A stretch of DNA of 64,000 nucleotides from assembly GCA_041576165.1 (NCBI GenBank), contig JBFGLM010000002.1:112983-176982 (forward strand), given 5' to 3'. The stretch is from Acidimicrobiia bacterium. GTDB taxonomy: Bacteria > Actinomycetota > Acidimicrobiia > Spongiisociales > Spongiisociaceae. Numbering within the stretch: the stretch's first letter is position 1; the number at the start of each line of letters is the position of its first letter. The position numbers and the translations under genes are program-made. Below the pieces are notes generated by a model. It was not told the origin of the DNA. It was given only the letters and a program-made list of their open reading frames with translations, and did no database searches. Below are positions 1 to 7,317 of this stretch, one piece after another.

Positions 1-23
1 CGCTGGTACTCAAGGACGCGGCT

Positions 24-530
24 GTGGCTCAGCGAGCCCTGATCCTCAACGCCTCTTTCGAGCCGCTGTCGATCGTGAAAGCACGAAGGGCAGTGGTTCT
101 CGTTATACGCGGCCGTGCCGACATCGTGGAGCCGGGGGACGATGTCTGGCGTTCCGAACGGATGATCTTCGATGTACCGTCGGTTGTCCGCCTCCGCAGT
201 TATGTGAAGGTTCCGTACGGCCGCCGCGTCCCGCTGACCCGCAGCGCGGTGTTTGCCCGGGACGGGCAACGTTGTCAGTACTGTCGCGGTCCGGCGGAGA
301 GCCTGGACCACGTCGTACCGCGTTCACGCGGCGGAACTCACACCTGGGACAATGTGGTGGCCTGCTGCCGCCGGTGCAATATCCGCAAGGGCAACAAGAT
401 GCTTCAGGAATGCGGATTCTCCCTCACCAAGCGGCCGGCGGCTCCCTCCTACCACGGCTGGTTGTACACCACGATCGGATCGGCCCCCGATCCGCGCTGG
501 CAACCCTATCTCCTCGCCGACTCGGCCTGA
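24..530 (+). CDS. HNH endonuclease family protein
   Basis: ALILNASFEPL N-terminus; RDGQRCQYC...SLDHVVPRSRGG...WDNVVACCRRCNIRKG HNH/zinc motif; AAGGA upstream of GTG start. Confidence 0.9.
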   Translation: MAQRALILNASFEPLSIVKARRAVVLVIRGRADIVEPGDDVWRSERMIFDVPSVVRLRSYVKVPYGRRVPLTRSAVFARDGQRCQYCRGPAESLDHVVPRSRGGTHTWDNVVACCRRCNIRKGNKMLQECGFSLTKRPAAPSYHGWLYTTIGSAPDPRWQPYLLADSA

Positions 531-547
531 CCCGCCGCGTCCTGCGA

Positions 548-1708
548 CTACTGACTGGCGATGGTCGTGGTAGTCGTCACCACAGGGGCCGGTTGGACAA
601 CTTCCCCGTCCTGGTCGACATCGAAGGCGTGGCCACCCAATACGTCGCCGCAATCGAGGAACACGAAATCGCTCCCCGGCTTGGCGCCCAAGTCGACCCA
701 TACGGGTACCTCGGCCGGGGGCGCCAGAATCACCGCCGCCGGCAACCCGGCCTCGTTCACGAACCGGCCGTCCCGCGGCACAATGAACGTCATCACTCGT
801 TCAAATGTCGTACGCGGCGGAATCATGACACGCTCGATGCTCTCGCTGCGAAGCGGGTCGGTCGGCACGTCCTCGGTCTGAATGAAGAACTGGGTGGAGT
901 AGCGAGCGCTCGAGCCATCGGTCCAAACCGCCACGCCTGCCGGCTGCGGGTACAGGACATCCGGGAACGGTGCATCGTCGACACCGTTGTTCGTGACCCG
1001 CACGACCAGTCCGTATCCGACGGTGACCTGCTGGGTCTCGGGGTCGCCGCATACCTGCACGGTGTGGTCGACGGGCGTGACCTCCAGGTCGTCGCTCCAC
1101 GGGATCGGTTCATTGAATTCGGTTATGGCCAGACCCGGAAGAGGCTCCCAGCCCCCGAGCGCAGAGCGACTGCTGCGCAAGTCCCAGCTGGCGAATGTCA
1201 CGCCGTTCTCAGACGCCTCGACCGACAGCTCGCTGGTGAAAGCCGTCGGAACCTCGAAGCCCACGGTCCAACGGGCCGGCACTCCCGGGGGAATCACCGA
1301 CAACGTCGAACCCGGAACCAGATTTGTGATCGGGTCGGTTTCCGGGATCACGCGAAGTTCACCTGCGCCGTCCCGCAAGGCCAGGACCGGATAACCGGCT
1401 TCACCTGCGAGACCGTTGAGCAGGTAGGGGAGTACCACCGCAGTAGGACGGAACGCCACCCCGACCTTCACTTCTGACCAGCCGGTGCGGACGGGGGAGG
1501 GGACCACGAACGCGTCCTGAACCTCCAGGTCCCACCCGGGCCCGGCGAAGCGCTGACCGAGCTCGAGCACAGCGACGGGCGGTGGGGGCGAGGATTCTGG
1601 CTCGTCCTGGGCGAGCGCGGGTCCCACCGCCATCGCGCCAGCGAACGAGGCCGCTAGCCCTACCACGGTGATGAGCGCCGCAACGATGACAACTTTGTGG
1701 GCTCGCAT
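548..1708 (-). CDS. secreted hypothetical protein, possibly two DUF4352/MPT63-like beta-sandwich domains
   Basis: GGGAG RBS before ATG 1708; signal peptide MRAHKVVIVAALITVVGLAA...ALA-Q; Pro linker; two segments ending IPPG...VGFEVP and IPPR...MTFIVP; Thr-rich tail. Domain call is inference. Confidence 0.7.
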   Translation of the reverse strand: MRAHKVVIVAALITVVGLAASFAGAMAVGPALAQDEPESSPPPPVAVLELGQRFAGPGWDLEVQDAFVVPSPVRTGWSEVKVGVAFRPTAVVLPYLLNGLAGEAGYPVLALRDGAGELRVIPETDPITNLVPGSTLSVIPPGVPARWTVGFEVPTAFTSELSVEASENGVTFASWDLRSSRSALGGWEPLPGLAITEFNEPIPWSDDLEVTPVDHTVQVCGDPETQQVTVGYGLVVRVTNNGVDDAPFPDVLYPQPAGVAVWTDGSSARYSTQFFIQTEDVPTDPLRSESIERVMIPPRTTFERVMTFIVPRDGRFVNEAGLPAAVILAPPAEVPVWVDLGAKPGSDFVFLDCGDVLGGHAFDVDQDGEVVQPAPVVTTTTTIASQ

Positions 1709-1918
1709 CTCGACTCCCAAATCACGTACGCAAAATTTCGGGTGCTTCCGAACTCCGGTTGAGCGTTTTGCGTGTTCGTTACAGGCCGACTGTTCACACT
1801 GAGTGGCGATACGGCGGTTTCTCCGGGCTGGTTTGCATTCCGAATCTGCCACGGTTTGCGCACCGTGTGGGACCGTTCTTCACGCCGACTGAGGCGGCGC
1901 CGACCATCGGGCGGACCG

Positions 1919-2158
1919 TCAGACGGGCAGGTCGGTCAGATTGCCGCGACGACGCGCCAAGCGGACCGCCCCCCACCCACCCAAAGCAGCGGCAGGCAGC
2001 TCGAGGGCGACGATGATCTTGGCTCCCGACAACAGCGAGACGAGTGTGAGGACGAACAGGACCAAGGTGCCTACTGCCAGAAAGAGTGCCACCTTCACCG
2101 GGCACAGCCGGGTCGCCGTGTACTCGCCCGGGGCCGCCAAACCGATCGATCCGTCCAT
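1919..2158 (-). CDS. small membrane protein with two hydrophobic segments
   Basis: Hydrophobic VALFLAVGTLVLFVLTLVSLL and IIVALELPAAALGGWGAV followed by RRR; start uncertain. Confidence 0.55.
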   Translation of the reverse strand: MDGSIGLAAPGEYTATRLCPVKVALFLAVGTLVLFVLTLVSLLSGAKIIVALELPAAALGGWGAVRLARRRGNLTDLPV

Positions 2159-2257
2159 GATGGGACTTATCGGACGTGAATCCTCATATCTCAAGCGCCG
2201 ATCGCGGTTCTTTCAGCGCCGGACAGCTGGGTAGTGGCAGCTATCATGGCCGCTCTC

Positions 2258-2866
2258 ATGACGTCCGAACCTCGCGCTGACGCGGCCGATGCAGGCCACA
2301 TCGCACGCCGACTGCATCACGAATTCGGCCGGGTCCTAGATGCCTCAACGATCGAGCACACCATCTCGGATACCCGACAGCTGCTGGCGGGGCGAGATCG
2401 AGGGGATCAACCACAAGCGGTGGAGTCGTTGGCCCGCGACCGGTTGCGAGCACAGCTCAGCCGGACCAAGCCGGCCGTCCTGTTCCTGTGTGTGCACAAC
2501 GCAGGCAGGTCGCAAATGGCTGCAGGCTGGCTACGCCACCTCGCCGGTGACACAGTCGAGGTGTTTTCGGGCGGCTCGGCGCCGGCGAGCGAGATCAACC
2601 AACAGGCCGTGGCGGTGATGTCGGAGGCCGGCGTTGACATCCGCGGCTACCACCCGCAGCCCTGGACCGACGAGATTGCTCGAGTTGCCGACGTGATCAT
2701 CACGATGGGCTGCGGTGACGCCTGTCCGGTGGTGCCGGGTGCGCGCTACGAGGATTGGGTGGTTCGCGACCCGGCGGAACAGCCGATCGAAGTGGTCCGC
2801 GACATATGCAACGACATCCGAGCTCGGGTCGAGCGGCTGATACGTGAGATGGGTTTGTCGGAGTGA
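2258..2866 (+). CDS. arsC: arsenate reductase (LMW-PTP fold, thioredoxin type) with N-terminal helical extension
   Basis: VLFLCVHNAGRSQMA P-loop, TMGCGDACP, DW..DP motifs; start uncertain (2234-2258). Confidence 0.88.
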   Translation: MTSEPRADAADAGHIARRLHHEFGRVLDASTIEHTISDTRQLLAGRDRGDQPQAVESLARDRLRAQLSRTKPAVLFLCVHNAGRSQMAAGWLRHLAGDTVEVFSGGSAPASEINQQAVAVMSEAGVDIRGYHPQPWTDEIARVADVIITMGCGDACPVVPGARYEDWVVRDPAEQPIEVVRDICNDIRARVERLIREMGLSE

Positions 2867-3612
2867 AATATCCCGACGAGCGAGCCGTTGCGCCGGCCGC
2901 CGCCCATCCGATCGCGCTGCCGACGCTGGCGCGTCGGCTCACGGCCGAGTTCATCGGCACGGCGTTTCTCCTGGCCGCGGTGGTGGGCTCGGGCATCATG
3001 GCGGAACGGCTCACCGACGACGTCGGACTGCAGCTGTTCCAAAACGCCTTCGCCACCGCCGGTGTGCTGGCGGCGCTGATCCTGGCCCTCGGCCCGGCGT
3101 CGGGTGCCCATTTCAATCCGGCCGTGACATTGGCGGATCGGGTGTTCGGCGGCCTCAGTACGAGGACGGCGATGGGGTACATCGGTGCTCAGGTCACCGG
3201 TGGGATCGTCGGCGTGCTGGCGGCGAATGTGATGTTCGGATTGGACCTGATCGAGTGGTCGGCCAAGGATCGTTCCGGGGGCCACCTGGTCTTTGCCGAG
3301 GGGGTCGCAACGGTAGGCCTACTCCTCGTGATCTTCGGCGTGGTCCGGTCCGGACGGCCCTCGGTTGCCGCTTTCTCGGTCGGTGGCTACATCGCGGGGG
3401 CGTACTACTTCACATCCTCCACCAGCTTTGCCAACCCGGCCGTGACGGTAGGCCGCATATTCTCCGACACCTTTGCCGGCATCGCTCCCGGCTCGGCGCC
3501 GGCCTTCGTGGCCGCGCAGCTGGTGGCAACATTCGCCGCCGTCGGGATCATCTACTTGATCTACCCCGACACCGTTGACATGGCCGATCGGGTGATCGTT
3601 CCTCACGATTGA
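2863..3612 (+). CDS. MIP/aquaporin family channel, likely arsenite efflux
   Basis: AEFIGTAFL, SGAHFNPAVT and SFANPAVT NPA boxes; GTGA overlap with arsC. Confidence 0.9.
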   Translation: MKYPDERAVAPAAAHPIALPTLARRLTAEFIGTAFLLAAVVGSGIMAERLTDDVGLQLFQNAFATAGVLAALILALGPASGAHFNPAVTLADRVFGGLSTRTAMGYIGAQVTGGIVGVLAANVMFGLDLIEWSAKDRSGGHLVFAEGVATVGLLLVIFGVVRSGRPSVAAFSVGGYIAGAYYFTSSTSFANPAVTVGRIFSDTFAGIAPGSAPAFVAAQLVATFAAVGIIYLIYPDTVDMADRVIVPHD

Positions 3613-3649
3613 CGTCCACCGGGCACTCGCCGCGCCCCGAGTCGCTCGT

Positions 3650-4066
3650 CTACCGCGCCGGCCGTACTGTGATGTCGAGCGGCTCGCCGTCGGCCCAGGT
3701 TCCGGCAGCGCTGAACATACCTTCCACGATCTGGCCGTCCAGCTGTGCCACCAATGTACCGTCAGCGGCCACCGAGAGCTGGACAGTGGCGCCTGCGGCC
3801 CCCTCGACCGTCACCGCCGAGTGCGGTGCCAAGCCGACGAGACTGACGTCTATGGCGCGACCCTTGTGGGTGAAGCACGCTGACCCGCCAGCGGTGTCGC
3901 GGGTCACACAGCCGTCACCCCTCTCGGCGAGTTCGATGACATCGAGTGACTTTGTCACAGAGGATTCCGATGAACAGGCCGAGAGGGTCAGCATCGCGGC
4001 CAGTGCTGGTGCCACCCAGAGCCTCTGCTTCGCGCTACCCGACGGGCGTCTCTCATTCCTGCGCAT
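3650..4066 (-). CDS. putative lipoprotein, paralog A
   Basis: Basic N-terminus, lipobox LTLSA-C; about 64 of 100 core residues identical to 4435..4818 (manual alignment). Confidence 0.75.
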   Translation of the reverse strand: MRRNERRPSGSAKQRLWVAPALAAMLTLSACSSESSVTKSLDVIELAERGDGCVTRDTAGGSACFTHKGRAIDVSLVGLAPHSAVTVEGAAGATVQLSVAADGTLVAQLDGQIVEGMFSAAGTWADGEPLDITVRPAR

Positions 4067-4165
4067 GAGGCGACGGCGCACGAGAAGGCTGTGCGGAAGA
4101 CGGCGAGAGCCCCGGAGGCGGTGACGACCCCATTGGCCGATCCTACATCTTCGTTCCAGTCTCTA

Positions 4166-4194
4166 GCAATGGTCATTGCGGCAACCGTTATTGC
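4166..4194. promoter_or_regulatory. tandem palindromic operator candidate (2 x GCAAT-N4-ATTGC)
   Basis: GCAATGGTCATTGC-G-GCAACCGTTATTGC, about 100 bp upstream of lipoprotein A; sister copy at 4943..4971. Confidence 0.65.
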
Positions 4195-4434
4195 TGAGCC
4201 TGAGAGCTGCGGACGTGCCGGCTGGTTCCACGGCCCTCCGGCCGACACCAATCTGCAGCTTCCATACACCTGGTGCCACAGGACTTTGTGAAGCCTCATC
4301 AGGCCGTTCAGCCCGGCCGCCACGGCCGGGATGACGTTCGGTCTACGTTCGAGCGGGCGCCCGTAGCAGCCGTCCGCCGGTTCGAGTCCGAGGTAGTCGG
4401 ATCGGAGCGCACCGACCCCGTCCGGCGCCACCGC

Positions 4435-4818
4435 CTACCGTGCCGGCCGCACCGTGATGTGGAGGGGTTCGCCGCCGGCCCAGGTGCCCCTAGTCGTGAA
4501 CGTCCCGTCGACGATCTGACCGTTCAGCTGGGCAACAAGCGTGCCATCGCCATGCGCAAAGAGCTGAATCGTGTTGCTCCCGACACCCTCGACGGTAACG
4601 GTCGATCCCCCCACGAGTCCCGCGAGGTCGACGTCTATTGCGTTGCCCACATGCGTGAAGCACGCCGATCCACCCGCAGCGGCCTCGTGAGTGACACAGG
4701 CATCCCCAGTGCCAGTCAACTCGACGACTTCTAGTGGCTCCGCTCCGGACGTCTTCGAGGAGCAAGCTGCGGCCAAGAGCATCGTGGCGATCAGCGCCGT
4801 GGACAGTTTTCCTTTCAA
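4435..4818 (-). CDS. putative lipoprotein, paralog B
   Basis: GGAGGA RBS before TTG 4818; lipobox LLAAA-C; paralog of 3650..4066, both ending ITVRPAR. Confidence 0.8.
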   Translation of the reverse strand: MKGKLSTALIATMLLAAACSSKTSGAEPLEVVELTGTGDACVTHEAAAGGSACFTHVGNAIDVDLAGLVGGSTVTVEGVGSNTIQLFAHGDGTLVAQLNGQIVDGTFTTRGTWAGGEPLHITVRPAR

Positions 4819-4942
4819 CGATTCCTCCCCTCTGGGTGCAGCCGGACCGAGTGGTTTGCCACCGGGCATGCCGGGCTCGACCGAAGTCTCTCGCCCAGCG
4901 GATCATGTCGGCGGCGGACTGTATCAGGCTCCACGCCGTTCA

Positions 4943-4971
4943 GCAATAACTATTGCGGCAATGATTATTGA
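4943..4971. promoter_or_regulatory. tandem palindromic operator candidate (2 x GCAAT-N4-ATTGC)
   Basis: GCAATAACTATTGC-G-GCAATGATTATTGA, AT-rich in a GC-rich background, about 125 bp upstream of lipoprotein B. Confidence 0.7.
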
Positions 4972-5076
4972 CAGCGACCGGCTCTGACGCCCGGTGGTCG
5001 GTGGTCGGGGTGTCGCCACCCCCAGGGGTCGGACGACCCATTTCGGGGGAGTGTGGGGTTGAAGGGGCAAATGGTG

Positions 5077-5119
5077 TTGACTTGTGGCGCGAAATGGGGC
5101 AGAGTGGTTGTCAGTGGGG
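5077..5119 (+). promoter_or_regulatory. dcw promoter with MraZ-type direct repeats
   Basis: TTGACT at 5077; GTGG/ATGG/GTGG/GTGG at 5084, 5094, 5104, 5114 (exact 10-bp period), as known for MraZ binding sites. Confidence 0.75.
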
Positions 5120-5240
5120 AATCCGGAGAGGTTTGGGCCACCGTTGGGCGCTTCTGAGCGCTCCCGGGGTGTCAACCGCCCGGAGTCCACCTGGGCAAGG
5201 CCTCGGGAGGGCCAGCGGTGAGTAAAAGGGCGTACAACGG

Positions 5241-5669
5241 GTGTTCCTCGGCGAGTACCAGCACACGATCGACACGAAGGGGCGAGTCGTGCTGCCCGCC
5301 CGTTTCCGCGACCGCCTCGCTGAGGGCTGCGTCGTCACCAAGGGGCAGGAGCGATGCCTCTATGTCTTCCCGCTCGATCGGTGGGAGGACGAAGTGACAA
5401 AGGTTTCACGTCTGCCCCGCACCGACGCGCGGGCACGGCGCTATGCCCGGTCGTTCTTCGCCGGAGCCAGCCAGCAAGAGCTGGACAGGCAGGGACGTGT
5501 GTCGGTGCCGCAGAACCTTCGGGAGTACGCCGGTCTCGAAAAGGACGTGGCGGTGCTGGGCGTGTCGGATCACATCGAGATTTGGTCAAACGAAGAGTGG
5601 GCCCGGCTGAGCAGCGAGGCCGACGAGTACTACGCCAACATCGAGGAGGCACTCACGGACGACATCTGA
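5241..5669 (+). CDS. mraZ: division/cell wall cluster transcriptional repressor MraZ
   Basis: MFLGEYQHTIDTKGRVVLPARFR and LDRQGRVSVP DxxGR repeats; first gene of dcw. Confidence 0.97.
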   Translation: MFLGEYQHTIDTKGRVVLPARFRDRLAEGCVVTKGQERCLYVFPLDRWEDEVTKVSRLPRTDARARRYARSFFAGASQQELDRQGRVSVPQNLREYAGLEKDVAVLGVSDHIEIWSNEEWARLSSEADEYYANIEEALTDDI

Positions 5670-5688
5670 GGTGGCGCTCTGACTCATC

Positions 5689-5764
5689 GCCAGCCCCCCG
5701 GTTACCAATGGATAGCCCCTTACTCCGCCCGCTTCCAGTTGGTGCCAGCGCCCGGGGGGCTGGC
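5689..5764 (+). ncRNA. mraW RNA motif-like hairpin between mraZ and rsmH
   Basis: Perfect 13-bp stem GCCAGCCCCCCGG/CCGGGGGGCTGGC, inner stem ACCAA-TGGA/TCCA-G-TTGGT, pyrimidine loop CCCTTACTCCGCCC; position matches the actinobacterial mraW motif. Confidence 0.6.
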
Positions 5765-5765
5765 C

Positions 5766-6701
5766 ATGAGCCAGAGAACGGAGGGCCGCTACCACGACCC
5801 CGTCATGGTCCATGAGGTGGTCGAGCTGTTCTCGCCGCTGGCGCACGGTGTTGTCGTCGACGCAACGTTCGGCGGCGGAGGGCACTCGGCGGCGATCCTC
5901 CGGAACCTGGCTGATGACGTCGAGATCGTGGCCATCGACCGCGATCCCGACGCAGTAGCGCATGCCGCCGACAAGGCCAGTGCGTTCGGCGATCGCCTCC
6001 GGGTGATCGAAGGCAACTTTGGGGATTTGGACGTGATACTCGACTCGATCGGGATAGACCGCATAGCGGGGGTGCTCTTCGACCTCGGCGTGTCCAGCCG
6101 GCAGCTCGACACGCCGGATCGAGGTTTTTCGTTCCGGGCACCGGGTCCGCTCGACATGCGCATGGGTCCCGACGCCGCGATCACGGCGGACCGGCTCGTC
6201 AACGAGATGCCGGCGGAAGAGCTCGGGCGTCTGATTCGTCGTTTTGGGGAAGAGCGGCACGCGTCACGTATTGCCCGGGCCATCGCCGAAGCGCGACCGA
6301 TCACCGACACCGCCCACCTCGCGAGCGTCGTGCGAGCGGCCGTTCCAGCTGCCGCCCGACGGGCTGCAGATCCCGCCCGGCGGACCTTCCAAGCGCTGCG
6401 CATTGCGGTCAACGATGAGCTCACGGCCGTGGACCGAGGTGTCGGGGCCGGGTTCGACCGTCTGGCACCCGGCGGGCGCGGCATCGTGATCTCCTATCAC
6501 TCGCTGGAAGACCGGATAGTCGCCGGACATGTGCGCACTCGTACGACCGTAGACGTACCGCCCGGGTTGCCGGTCGAACCAGAGCCGGCACCGTTCATCG
6601 ACCTGACGCCTAAAGCCCGGCGCCCGACGGCCGCCGAAGTATCAGCCAATCCGCGAGCGCGTAGCGCCCGTCTCCGCGCCATCGAACGGAGGGCCGCGTG
6701 A
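5766..6701 (+). CDS. rsmH: 16S rRNA m4C1402 methyltransferase RsmH (MraW)
   Basis: HDPVM, VDATFGGGGHS, FDLGVSS, PLDMRM, FQALRIAVNDEL, SYHSLEDR, NPRARSARLR. Confidence 0.97.
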   Translation: MSQRTEGRYHDPVMVHEVVELFSPLAHGVVVDATFGGGGHSAAILRNLADDVEIVAIDRDPDAVAHAADKASAFGDRLRVIEGNFGDLDVILDSIGIDRIAGVLFDLGVSSRQLDTPDRGFSFRAPGPLDMRMGPDAAITADRLVNEMPAEELGRLIRRFGEERHASRIARAIAEARPITDTAHLASVVRAAVPAAARRAADPARRTFQALRIAVNDELTAVDRGVGAGFDRLAPGGRGIVISYHSLEDRIVAGHVRTRTTVDVPPGLPVEPEPAPFIDLTPKARRPTAAEVSANPRARSARLRAIERRAA

Positions 6702-7108
6702 CCGTTCGCCCAGTTGCCGTCCCCCGCCAGGTTGCCGCACCGCTGCGCCTGTTGCACAACCACAAAGTGCGCATACCCCATCTTGGCATGTGGGTCGTCT
6801 ACACCTTTCTGGCCATCATTGCGTTCTTCGGACTCATCTACTCCCGAACTGCCCTCGACGCCAGCGCCTTCGAGCTGCAACAACTCGAAACCGGCATTGC
6901 GGAAGAGCAGGAGCGCTTTCAGCAGCTCAGGTTGGAGGTGGCCCGGCTTTCTTCCCCCGAGCGGATCATCCCAGCCGCCGAGGAAATGGGCCTGATATTC
7001 CCCGGCGACGTCACCCCGCTGACCGCGTCCGGAGTGGTGGCGGGCGATGCCAGCGACTTGGAGGATCGGTGGACCGAGGTCAAATCCGTGCTGAGCGCCG
7101 CGCCATGA
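6698..7108 (+). CDS. ftsL: cell division protein FtsL-like
   Basis: One TM helix, then coiled coil ending LRLEVARLSSPERI..AAEEMGL; position after rsmH. Confidence 0.8.
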   Translation: MTVRPVAVPRQVAAPLRLLHNHKVRIPHLGMWVVYTFLAIIAFFGLIYSRTALDASAFELQQLETGIAEEQERFQQLRLEVARLSSPERIIPAAEEMGLIFPGDVTPLTASGVVAGDASDLEDRWTEVKSVLSAAP

Positions 7109-7317
7109 GCGTCGTGTGGCTGAGTGCCATACGAGCCGGGTTGACCAGCCAGATGCGGCTCATGCTGCGAGTGGCACTGTTGACTGCTGCACGCGCCGCC
7201 TACGGCGCCATTCAATCCGGACCGACGATGACCGAGCTGAGCGCTGGCAGCCAGTCCCCGGGGGACGGCGGTGCGACACCCGCCGGGATTGCCCTCGCCG
7301 CTCGGCCCAGAGACTAA
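7105..7317 (+). CDS. putative 70-aa small protein between ftsL and ftsI
   Basis: ATGA overlap with the ftsL stop and TAATG overlap with the ftsI start; fills the gap exactly. Confidence 0.45.
   Translation: MSVVWLSAIRAGLTSQMRLMLRVALLTAARAAYGAIQSGPTMTELSAGSQSPGDGGATPAGIALAARPRD

Noticed and set aside
1815-1870. c-di-GMP-I riboswitch resemblance (GCAAACC...ATGCAAA on the minus strand)
   Set aside because: No GNRA-capped P2 stem or GACGCAAAGC core; an alternative simple hairpin explains the sequence.
4377-4392. GGTTCGAGTCC, like a tRNA T arm, between the lipoprotein genes
   Set aside because: No acceptor, D or anticodon arms can be built around it.
3988-4431. 147-aa minus-strand ORF between the lipoprotein paralogs
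   Set aside because: Runs through the operator and into lipoprotein A, has no RBS and no recognisable composition.
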